A stretch of 64,000 bases of DNA from Dicyema japonicum (taxonomy: Eukaryota > Animalia > Dicyemida): assembly GCA_011109175.1 (NCBI GenBank), contig RDEW01000106.1, positions 17,314-81,313 of the forward strand, given 5' to 3'. Of this stretch, positions 52,060 through 62,585 are shown in pieces (positions within the stretch are counted from its first letter, which is position 1; the number at the start of each line of letters is the position of its first letter). Made by a program: the position numbers and the translations under genes. The notes below the pieces were generated by a model, which was not told the DNA's origin, searched no databases, and saw nothing but the letters and a program-made list of their open reading frames with translations.

Positions 52060-53190
52060 GATCGCGACAGCCTAATTCAAATTTATCATCTCCTTGTGTG
52101 CCTTCTGGGATCCAACTCAGCTTCTCTGTGGGCGGGATGATTTGGGAAATAGAAATTGGAGAGGTGATGTGTACTCTTCTGATTTGGGAAATAGAAAAAT
52201 TGGGAGGGGTGATGTATACACGTCCTGGCTGTGTACTGCTGGGAGTTGCATTGACTGCTCAGGGCAGCAAATCCCTTCCAATTTTGTCGGATAAGATCTT
52301 CAATCGGGAGTAGTTTCTCTAGTTTTCCGAGATTATAATAGAAGTAGCTGTCAAGGACTGAATGTAGCAGACTTTCTATTTGTTCGTCCAAGACAGATTG
52401 ATACCCCATGACGCACAGGCATAGCTGACAGATGGCTCAATGAATTGTTTGTAATTTCAAAGTTGGGAAAGGAGTCTTAATGCCACCAAAAATAGATTTG
52501 ATTATCCCTAGCTTTCCCAAACATCTTCCGAAGATGCCTTCCACATGAGAGGAAAGAGACATGTGTGTGTCGAAGGTGATCCCCTGGATTATCAGTTTCT
52601 TCGTGAAAGGTATTTTAGTCTGGTTGAATAATATATCCACGGTCATTTGTCCAAGTTGTTTGTGTGAGGTAAATAAGGATGTAGATGATTTTTCAGTAGA
52701 TATGTCAAGCCAATTATAATTTAGCAAAATTTGAATCCTGAGAAGATATTTTTGTAGTCTCTGATGCCTTTAGGAGATCTTGGTTGCGGGATCCGGATAA
52801 TAGGACATCAGCGACTAATTGTCTTTATTACCGGGTTGTGGTGAATCGGACATATACAAGTTAAATAAGGCGGGTGATAAAGGGGAACCTTGTGGGACAT
52901 TATTAGGTGGTAATCTTGAAACTGATTTTGTCCCATCCATGTATAATTGGGCCCTTCTACCATTGATGAAGTTAGCAAGCCAGTGTGTATATATTATGGT
53001 CGACGGAGATGCGAAACAATTCGAGGTTAGGATTATCCTGGAGACAGAGTCGAAGACCATTTGTAAATCGACCGAGCAAACGACTGTTTTGAGGGGGCGA
53101 GGATTTTTTATAAATTGGTTTAGGAAAATAGGTTTTCTAGTTCTTGTCAAGTTCCCGGTTCTTTACGGAAAATAAAGAAATGACACAATT
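52060..53190 (-). mobile_element. APE-type LINE RT and 3' end
   Basis: VDLQMVFDSV...VPQGSPLSPALFNLY; GITFDTHM. Confidence 0.85.
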
Positions 53191-53242
53191 GTAAATTATA
53201 AAAATTTCTCATTATTAGTAAATAAAATTCAAATTAAATAAC

Positions 53243-53834
53243 ATGGACAAATCAGTTCTTGTTGTGTTCGACTTGGGTGTCTAATTTTATTCACTAATAG
53301 ACTACACGCTATGGAATTGCTATATTGAGTGTGTCTCCCACCGACTCTTCAGAAATGGGTTCTTATTCTTTTTGATAGAGGACGAGTTATTGGGGACATT
53401 CAGAAGTACTCCTACAAGGACTCGACCAGAATTCTTGAGAAATACTCCACTATATATCTGCTCGCAGTCGCCTCCAGGTATTTGTTGTGGTGATCTCCCA
53501 GGACAATTGACCTATTGGGGGCTGAAGACATGCTGAAATCTCTAAAATGGGATAGATTCTTTACAGAGACCGTGATTAAGCCACGTGACAAGATCTATCA
53601 CTTTGAAATGTTATCTAACATGGTTATTCCAGACTGAGAGAACGGTTATCGATTCCCTTCGAGAAGATGATCTTCTTTGACGATGAATACCAGAATATCG
53701 AGGATGTTTCGTCTCTGGGTTTGGTAGTCTTCATAATTCTAGGGGTTACTGCTGTTTTTGTGGAAGACGGCGTCACTATGGAGTTTATGGATAAACACAT
53801 TAATGACTTTATTAGCAAGGCTAACAAATTATAA
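53243..53834 (+). CDS. MDP1: Magnesium-dependent phosphatase 1 (HAD IIIC), 158 aa, 5 introns (24, 20, 24, 23, 24 nt); absent from the ORF track
   Basis: Splicing yields VVFDLDYTLW...AVASRT...DKIYHFE...IPFEKMIFFDDE.QNI.DVS.LGVT; 477 nt in frame. Confidence 0.92.
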
Positions 53835-53929
53835 AGTTATTCTTAAACACGTGTGTTATCTTATAACTAGAATTTTATCAAGTCATTACTAAACACGTGT
53901 CTGGGATCTTGGGACTATATAATTTTATA

Positions 53930-55181
53930 AAAATTCACTCACATCCAGCTATTCTTTTCCTTGTGGAGGTGGAAAAGTCACGTTTCGACCGTTTCTATCT
54001 TGGAACCTGCCCACGTGGTCCCTATCGCGGAATTGATCTCCAAAGTCTCGTGTTAACACTTCGTGGACATATCTTGTTTCGGAGTTGCTTTGTTATCAGG
54101 AAGATTTCACTTTTCCCCATTTGAGCCTCCTACAAAATTGGTTGGAGACGAACAGATGCACTAATTTACAAAATCTAGTATTGAGTGTCATAATTGTTGT
54201 GGCTATTGGTCTTAATAATCGGCATCCAATTCATTAGAGTCAATATTAGTAGGGGACATATCGTATTATCAAGAGAATTTAAAAACTCAGTCGGATATTG
54301 AAACATCACAGTATTGAACTTTGTTTTGTGATATTTCACGTAATAAATTTATTTTGTCTCAATACCTGAACCTGTTGGCCTGGACAGAGGAGATGGAAAA
54401 CGTCCAGGTAGGATCACAATTTTCCATTCGAAGAAGGGAAACCTTTGGTCTGGGATGCTACTTGTGTCGACCCGCTCTGCCCATCCAACATTGTCAGGAG
54501 CGCGGTAGACACACTCAATGCCGCGGAAAAAAACGATGAGGGCAAAGGAAAAGAAATACGAAGCCCTACAAGATTGATTCGCCGCGTTCTATCCCACTAT
54601 GGTCGAGACAACTAACGGAATAAGTGGAAAATCGCTTCCCTTCCTAATGAAACTTGGACGCCTAGCTACGCTAAAAAGCTACAAAACATGTGAGATCCGG
54701 TGGTTTTTCCAGTTGATCTCTGTTGAGGGCCAACGCAACGTCGATAGTGTCAGCAAGGTCCACTTTGGATGCCTTGTTATTTAATTATCAAATTGATATT
54801 TTTTCGTCTCAATATTTTCAGTCCCAGAAAATAGATGAAAAGAAATTCAATACTTTTCTTAAACATCAATATGTCTCAGGCACGTGCGCTATCGATAAGA
54901 TACTAATAACCACATACATTGCGAATAAAATTGTCCAATCATAATTACAAAGACTAGGACTTATCAAAATCTCGAGCACGTGTCTATACAGTGCTATTCT
55001 ATATGAATGCCAGTACTTATGCATTACAATGACTAGGATCCAATTTTTAGTCACGTGTACTCCATCACTGTCATTTTAAATCCTAACACCCAGGTACCCA
55101 TCTCCCAAGAGTAAATTACTCCACAAAAATAGTATCCACTGATAAGTCGTCAATCACAAAAATCGATGACAACACAGTCAT
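53930..55181 (-). pseudogene. Possible mu-adaptin (AP-3 mu-like) longin-domain gene, frameshifted and interrupted by a CRE insertion
   Basis: MTVLSSIFVIDD...IFVE, VP...LRKVLNFFSSIF and SLDN..P..IDSNEL recall the AP mu N-terminus; no clean spliced model obtained. Confidence 0.35.
54365..54805 (+). mobile_element. CRE-clade 3' end with 9-bp TSD
   Basis: TSD gtctcaata at 54356-54364 and 54806-54814; EPVGLDRGDGKRP..FPFEEGKPLVWDATCVD. Confidence 0.85.
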
Positions 55182-55237
55182 TTTAAAAACAAAATATTAA
55201 CATTTACTTTCTTATCGCATCCTGACTGGCCACAAAC

Positions 55238-56570
55238 CTACAAATCAATAGAAAAGTCAAACATGCACAAGTCCTCAAAGCACTGACAAACCAACCCGAA
55301 TCTATCCTCATTCAACGGTCTCTCCACAATTTTAGGAAATACAACTGTCAATGCAACCCACCACTTACACAACAATCTAGCAAAGACATCAATTCCCAAG
55401 GTCAGGGACGGATGATCACACTCCATGTACTCCTCACTACACAGCTCGAACCCTTTGAGCTCACCAAGAAGCTCTACGTGCTTGCTTTGAGTCGAGAGAG
55501 AACATCGGAGTCGATTTTTAATCTTGTCAGAGCAGATGTTTAAGTCTATGCCCAGCAGACTAGTCACTCGGACGAACAAGTCCCCAACTTTTACGTCACT
55601 CCCAATTCGCCTCCTCTGGGCTTCCTTCTCCGCTGTTGTGAGCAACCAGTCCTCCCCATAGTGATCGAACATGTCCCTCATATTAGTCACAAATTCCATG
55701 GTGAGTGCCAATCTGACATTAAAATCAACACAACCTTGCTCGAGCACCTTCCACGTGGGTCTCTCTAATAATCCAAGCACACGTTTCCACAAAGTATTGC
55801 TCCAACAGGTTTATCACATTCAGTTTCTTGCTGACAGGGCAACTGTCTCTTCTGGAGTACCTACTCACGACTCCATTTCTAGCAAAATTGGCAAGGTCAG
55901 GCGGAATAAATTGGGATAGTCGCTAAAATAAGCCACGTGACAACACTTCCGTAGGAATTCTCTTCCCAGACGACGTTTTTTCCAGAATCCTGCAAATTCT
56001 CACTCTCCTTTCGCTCAGCGTGGGTTTTTTTCCTTATACAATTCAATTTTCTGTGTTCCCTCTTTCGTTGGAGAGAATTCTTCTTTCTTGCACGAATATA
56101 AATGTAGTGTTTGGTCCCACGAGGCTCTCAAGATCGAAGAGTATGTTGTATCCGCCATTCCAAACCCTCGAGCAAACCTTCTAATATATAAAAGGGATAA
56201 CCTGGTCTTGTAAGCTGAGATCTTTTTGAGGAAAAACTGGACCTCATAGTTGTATGGAATGAGACAGTCGTGGGAGATGACTCGACTGTAACTAGACACG
56301 TGAAACAACAAAACCACTCCTTGGGATCATTTTCAGCATGGATCAGGTAGTTGGTGGTCCCGTCTCTTTTCGCAGGCAGAACTTGGAGAATCTATTAACG
56401 TTACATTGATGAAAATAAGCTGAAAAACAGCCAGTAACAGCAAAAAGGGGGAAATAGCAGAGAACACTAACCAAAGCCTTCTTGAAAGACGTCTCAAGGG
56501 GATTCTCTTCAAGAAAGCTTACGACTTGAGCACCAATTTCGAAAAGAGAGAAAGCACAACGTTTAGACAT
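55238..56570 (-). CDS. MSL3: MSL3-like MRG-family protein (chromo-barrel plus MRG domain); several 20-30 nt introns; central exons only partly resolved
   Basis: FEIGAQVVSF.EENP, YLIH, NVINLLEQYF, MEFVTNMRDMFDH..DWLL..AEKEAQ and PS..LG..FARLL match MSL3/MRG15 blocks. Confidence 0.7.
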
Positions 56571-56654
56571 GAAAGATAATAATTGTATAATTAAACATTA
56601 ATTAAACAAATAAATTAAATATTATTTTATCATATATATATTTTCAAGTGTGCT
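56571..56654. promoter_or_regulatory. 84-bp AT-rich divergent intergenic region (bidirectional promoter candidate)
   Basis: Lies between the ATG at 56570 (-) and the ATG at 56655 (+). Confidence 0.6.
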
Positions 56655-58780
56655 ATGTCCTACAAATTCTGCAAAAAGTTTGAGCCCAATCGCTTCAGTC
56701 GAATCCGCTGCCAGAACTGCTTCGCGGCCAAGAACCAGCACTCCTCCGAGGCCCTTGAGCAGCCAACTGTAGTAATTAATTTAAAACAAGGTCGACGTAC
56801 GGGCGATTCATCGTGGATATCTTTTTATCAGCCATGACACCGACTTTTCCACCAATCTGGCACGTGCTCGGGTTTGGGGACTCTTTTACCCTAGAGGTGG
56901 ATTCGACGGTTTTTTGTAATTTTCAGCGACGCTCATGTCAAATATTTCCTCGACGAAAACGTAGACGAGATCCCCTTAGCTGACTTGAACCTGAATGACC
57001 TTGTTGAAGTCCAGGATGCCGAAGAGATCACAACTCACGCTAATTCCGCGGTCCTCCGTTTCAAAAACTCTGACTTTTATGTGAAAGGAGTCAGTCGTGA
57101 AGAAATCCGACGGTTTGGGTTCGTTAATCACGCTTAGCTGGAGGAAGATCTTCAACGAGTTCATAACCGACTATAAAACCGAGAAGAAAAGTCCCGGAAT
57201 TCGTACAATTAGCAAAATTCAATCTGCTGATCGGGAAACCGCAAAAATCTCCCAATCTGGGGATTCTTGGATTTCCGTAGAAATGATTCCTCCCAAAGTT
57301 TATTCAGTCGAGCATCTGAACCCAAAGCTGTCTGAATCTCCCACGAGATGTAACCTCTACGGTGACAGTGCCGAACTTGAGGTCCCGTTAATTCTAATTC
57401 CAGGGTCTTTTCTACCAAAAGAGTGGGTGGCTGATGCTGAGCGACGGAAATGTATTTTTTTGTTAAAATTGGCAGGAATGGATGAAGTGCTGGTGTAAAC
57501 TGAAGAATGGACAACTTTCGATCAAAATGGAAGGGGACTCCGTGGTCACTCGGTTGGTGGACGTCAAAAAGTGCGTCAGAGTGGTGGAGACCTTGCTTCC
57601 ATTTAACTATGGTTTCTCTCTTGACGTTTGGTTTTTTTATTTCCGGCAGACAGTGGATGATTCACTGATGTTTTCAGCCACCACGGAATCGTCACGTGAC
57701 AGCTGGCAGAGCATGTTAGATTCGATAATTGTCCACGGGGCGGTTCATTCTGGCCGACCAAAGAGTCCAGTGATGGAAACGAAGGACAGTGGGGTCGAAA
57801 CCCCGAACTTCGATTTCGTTCAGGATCCTTTTCTGCAGCCTTGTTCTGTAATTGAGCGAGAGGAACCGTCAGTGTCGAGTCTGCACAGTCAGATTGTGAC
57901 TCTACAGTCTCAGTTGACCCAAGTCCAGGCGAATTTCACCTCCCACTGCAATCAGTATTGTGCTGAGCGGGAGAGGTCGGTAGAACAAATCAACTCACTC
58001 GAGAACCAAAAGTGACCCCCTAGTTATAATCCCAGATCTGAGCTTAACAGGCGTTTGGAAGACGTCCTGGAGCAATTTGACAAGCTGAACGAAGAGAAAG
58101 ACCAGATTGAGAGGTCCTATCTGGAAGCGAGGAAGCTGTTGGAGCAGAGGACAGAGATGTACGAGATGCTGAAGGAACGGGCCTCCAAGATGAACCCAAT
58201 CTCGGACGATGAGCCTACTGAGGTCGGGCTAGATGAGTACTCATTGGTGGTTTAAGGCAGGATTTATTCTCTTGAGGATATGCCAGTGAGGGAGACAGAC
58301 AAGGATGTGGTTGGGACTCTCGTGGCGGTAGTTAAGGCGAGGGATATCAACATTGCATACCTAAAATCTCACTTTCGCACGTTTCGAAGAACTTGTCGGA
58401 GTTCCACAAGCAGCTGATGACGAGCATTGATAAATACAAGACGACCAAGGATCTACTAAAGGCTGAGAACGAGAGGATCGCCAGGATGGTGTCGAAGTCT
58501 CTGGAGGAGATTGAGAATGATGAGCGAGTGGGTGGGTCGATAAGTGACTGCAAACTGATTCACGATCTCAAGGTGGCCCTATGTGTGAAGGATTTTGAGA
58601 CTCAGAGGCTGAGAGCCCACGTGCTGATGTTGGAGGACGAGATTAGTCTGGTTTTGGCGGTAATCTTTGAATTATTGGAAGCACGAGGAGAAGACGATGA
58701 GAATGTATAGACTTTGTCTTCATGAGAAGAATGAATTGACGAATCTTTACAATCAAAGACTGTCGGCTATTATCAGGTGA
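56655..58780 (+). CDS. MPRIP: MPRIP/TRIOBP/outspread-family protein (N-terminal Cys motif, 2 PH domains, coiled coil); at least 7 introns of 22-25 nt; one central junction near 58230-58380 unresolved
   Basis: CKKFEPNRFSRIRCQNCF matches CRKFQANIFNKSKCQNCF; RRWIRRFFVIF..HVKYFLDE (PH1); KSGWLML..EWMKCW (PH2); C-terminal coiled coil. Confidence 0.85.
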
Positions 58781-59184
58781 CATAGTTAGGCTTTTTCAAT
58801 TAAATTTTTCATTGTGTTTATTAGACTTTTTCCCGCTTTGTTTATACCTCAGCAGTTATCGCATCCTTGGACTTGAAGGAAGTGCCGTCCAGGGGAACTT
58901 TTTTGGATGGTTGACATTCTAGATGAGCTCCAATGGGAGTGGTATAATTTTAAAATATTTCGCCGTTTGAATTGTTATTTTTAAAATATTAAAAATCGAC
59001 AGGATTTTCCATTTTCAAAGAATTTTAATGATATCTGAATACTCACAATTAGGACAATCACAAATATGACCTAAAAAATTAAAACTATAAGACCTTAAAA
59101 ATTAAATACGACCTTAATAATTTCGTGCAGTTAATTTTTTTTTAATTTATTAAATAATTAATTCATTAAGTAAAAAAGTGAGTA

Positions 59185-59440
59185 ATTGGTCATATAGCGG
59201 CCGTCCTGACTGTGTGGCTATTCCCTCTTAGGATGGGGAGCGAGATTCCCTCAAATATCCAACAGCGCTCACGGGGTACTCCTGATCGTGTAGAAATCCG
59301 ATTTCTTAGCTGACTCGAATTCCAGCGTCGCAGGCTCAATGTAACCAGACGTCTCAACGGCGAGTGGGAGAAATTTATTGACAAAAGCATCAAATAATTT
59401 TACCCTTTCATCATTAAAGTTTCTATCCTTTTCGAGCATT
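59185..59440 (-). mobile_element. CRE-clade 3' end
   Basis: FLPLAVETSG...IPLPIL.GNSHTV. Confidence 0.7.
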
Positions 59441-59734
59441 TTATTTAACATGGAAAAACTTATTTCTACCAAAATAGTTGTTCAGGCCACTTCATAAATT
59501 TGCACAAAAATATGGACAAAATTTTTTTAATTTCGCATTTTTGATATCTTCAATGGCATCCTTTTGTTCGAATTTGATTGAATCTATAATTCTATGCTTC
59601 CAAAATAGTAATCTTGGTATTTCTTAATTCCAGAATAACTGGATGGTAGGCAGAAATCAATTTCGTTAAATTATCTGATTGTATTGAGGCCTTAGCGATT
59701 TCCACAATTTTTCATCATTTGACGAGGAGTTCTC

Positions 59735-60440
59735 AACCAAAGTTAATATCTAACAATCAACAGCCTTCCTCGTCTGCCTTTAATATTTCGTTTAGTAGCT
59801 GAGTAATACGTTTTTCGCTCTAAGGTTTTATTTACAGGCAGGTACGATTCTCGTTGCTGAACAGCTCCGAGAACGCCTTATCCAACTGAACCACTGCCTA
59901 TATGCCATTTCCTGGCTCTGCCCCCTATAATCTGGTTTCAGGCTGTCTAGGGTTCGTTTTAACACAGTGGACTGTAGATAGGCCCGGAGCTTTCTATCTA
60001 CCCCCAACTGCTTCAGATAACCCTTGTGGTACGGGCATCACGTCTCAAGACCGTTTGCAGACTGTGGAGGTGGAGAAAAAAAGGAAGTATGACTTTCTTG
60101 CAAACGAGATGGGGCAGATGCTTGGTTGCAAGGTCCTCGTTATTCCTATAGTAATGACGTGGGAAGGAATTGCAACAAAGTACCACAAGGGTTATCTGAA
60201 GCAGTTGGGGGTAGATAGGAAGCTCCAGGCCTATCTACAGTCCACTGTGTTAAAGCGGACCCTAGAGAGCCTGACACTGGAGTATAGGAGGCAGAGCCCT
60301 GAGATGCCATATGGGCAGAGGGTTCAATTAGACAAGGCGCTCTCGGAGTTGTTTCAGCAACCAGAATCGAACCTGCCTGAGGAGGCTGGCGAACAGGCAG
60401 GCGAGGAAGGGTGTTGATTAAATATATTAACTTTTTTATT
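59735..60440. mobile_element. Two 5'-truncated RLE (R2/R4/NeSL-like) 3' ends joined head-to-head: minus 59735-60031, plus 60031-60440
   Basis: GITSQDRLQTVEVEKKRKYD.LANE...VIPIVMTWEG; 59835-60031 is the reverse complement of 60181-60380 with scattered substitutions. Confidence 0.85.
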
Positions 60441-60754
60441 GTTTGTTAAATAAAGTGGGGTTCAATAACAAAGTAATTTTTACATATTTTATATTTTTTA
60501 AGAAGAGCCTCATTTTGGGAGACACATCAAAATTTGGGAATTTTTGCCCCATTTCGGGGTCGAACTTTTCTACAAAATGTTTTTTTCGAAAATTGGGTCT
60601 CATTCACAATTAAAAATGCATCTATTCTAGTATAGTATCTTTAATTCTCGTAATTGAACAATTTTTACAGAAAAAGTGAGAAAATGATCATATAGCGGTC
60701 TCTCTCATTAAATAATAAAAATAATTAAAAATACCTCTTGATTTGTCGTGTGTA

Positions 60755-61121
60755 ATGTCCGAGTACGATTATGTTTAGCGTAAAAAACTCAAATTCAAGG
60801 GATCTTCAAAGAAAAGGAGGTATAAAATCTTAATTAAGTTTAAATTAGTTATATGAAACCTGTTGATAATATACCAAAAGAAGAAAATCTGAGAGATGAG
60901 ATTTTATCCTCCCTAAAGAAAGTAGACCAAAGGACAGCGTCTCAAAAACGTTTTTCGGAAGCCCAATTAGAACGAGTTTAATATTATAATATATATAGCA
61001 CATTGCAAGAATTAATAAAACTGAAATTAAAACTCACAGACAGAAAATAAAGGACTTTAACGAATACCTTGATTCCATGACTGAACACTATGATATTCCT
61101 AAAGTTAGCTGGACTAAATGA
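60755..61121 (+). CDS. FAM32A: FAM32A homolog, 104 codons, introns 60820-60848 (29 nt) and 60976-60998 (23 nt); in-frame TAG at codon 8; absent from the ORF track
   Basis: MSEYDYV*RKKLKFKG...DQRTASQKRF...KTHRQKIKDFNEYLDSMTEHYDIPKVSWTK; the C-terminus is almost identical to the FAM32A signature. Confidence 0.9.
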
Positions 61122-62514
61122 GTAATATTACTTCGTAGTTGTTTTTGTAATTTTAATAAGGACTAATTCTATTATTTAATATAATTTTAGATAACGACTA
61201 CATTCCCTCAGTTGACCAAACTATCAGTGATATATCGAAAGTCAGATTAAAGCAACGTCCATTATCTACCGCTAGTTTATCAGTTACATTTATTACGGAA
61301 GTTCATACCCTCAACTGGAAAGCAAATGATTGTCCTTGTGTTCATAATTTTTTATCAAGAACTCGACTGCTGCCACAATTAAGTGAGACACTGTAAAGAC
61401 TAGAATGGAAAAATAGTGTTGTCTTTATCGTACTTTCAGTCTTCCATTGCAAATGTCAATGGAATCATATTGGATCGTTGAGAAATCGATTATGTTAGTG
61501 CACCCTTCCAAATAAAAGATCAACAAGATCAATTGATAAGCTTGATGATTTTTATAAATATATTTTCGATGTTGTTATGCAGATTAAGTCCAAGTAAGAA
61601 TTAAACATGGTGGTGAATCAAACTTGATGGGAACCCAAGTAAGAATTAAACCCCTTCTCGCATTTTCGATAAAATTTTCTGTTTTTTATAAAAGAAATTT
61701 ATGTTTTCACATATATTTATACGATTTCGCAGATCAGCCAATTTTTCCAACTCTATAATAAATGCATGTAAAAACTCAAAAAAGCTTCTGTCAGTTACCT
61801 TTGGTATAAATTTTCTGTACTTCTGCATAGAAAAAAGTAAAACGATATTCAATACCCAAACAAGTTTTGTAAACTTTATTGTTCAATTTATGCAAGGAAA
61901 TCATATTCGAGTAAGCATTAGTTACCTCATGATCCTAGAGTCGGTTGATGGGATGAGAAAATCAGATATTTTACTGTAGCACCTGTGAAATAGTAATAAA
62001 ATGACCTGTCAGTTTGAAATGTTTGTTAGACAAAAAATTCAATTAAAGCTGTTGTTAGAAAATTGGTGAGTTGATAGTAAATTCACCAGGAAATTTTCTA
62101 ATAACAGTCTTAACTTTTTCAATGACTTTATTGATTGAACGACAAAGTATTTTATTCAAAAACTCAAAAAATTAAAAATAAAAATTTTTTTACCCAGTTT
62201 TACTTTTTTTGACTTTATAATTTTTGATTCATGTAATATTAAAAATCACATTTTATAAGTTTTAAACAATCTTAAAAAAACATAAACAAAAATTGCCCGA
62301 CTAATAATAATGGACTACCGTTCATATGGAGGAACATTGTAATTAACAGACTTAATGCAGAATTAACCTTTACATCCAAAGGTTTAAGATATGGCGTTTT
62401 TTTTTCAGGTATAAACAGTACGTCAGTATTCTTGTTTAGTTCGTTAGTTATGGATTCCTTTTTATGGACTTCAAAAAATCCATATATAATAAAGACTTTT
62501 TATTAGAAAAAATA

Positions 62515-62585
62515 TCGTGCCAAATTTTTCCGAAAATAAGCCTCAAATATTTCGGAAGGGCTTATTTTCGGAAAACCCCGGTATT
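62515..62585. mobile_element. Miniature pogo-type inverted-repeat element
   Basis: Perfect 17-bp stem ttttccgaaaataagcc / ggcttattttcggaaaa with a 16-nt loop. Confidence 0.5.

Noticed and set aside
61200-61980. Minus-strand gene or transposase tail
   Set aside because: Only a weak W/LL.I..S..Y pattern; no defensible model
62526-62575. Perfect hairpin as a terminator or miRNA
   Set aside because: Matches the style of pogo-type TIRs; best read as a mini-MITE
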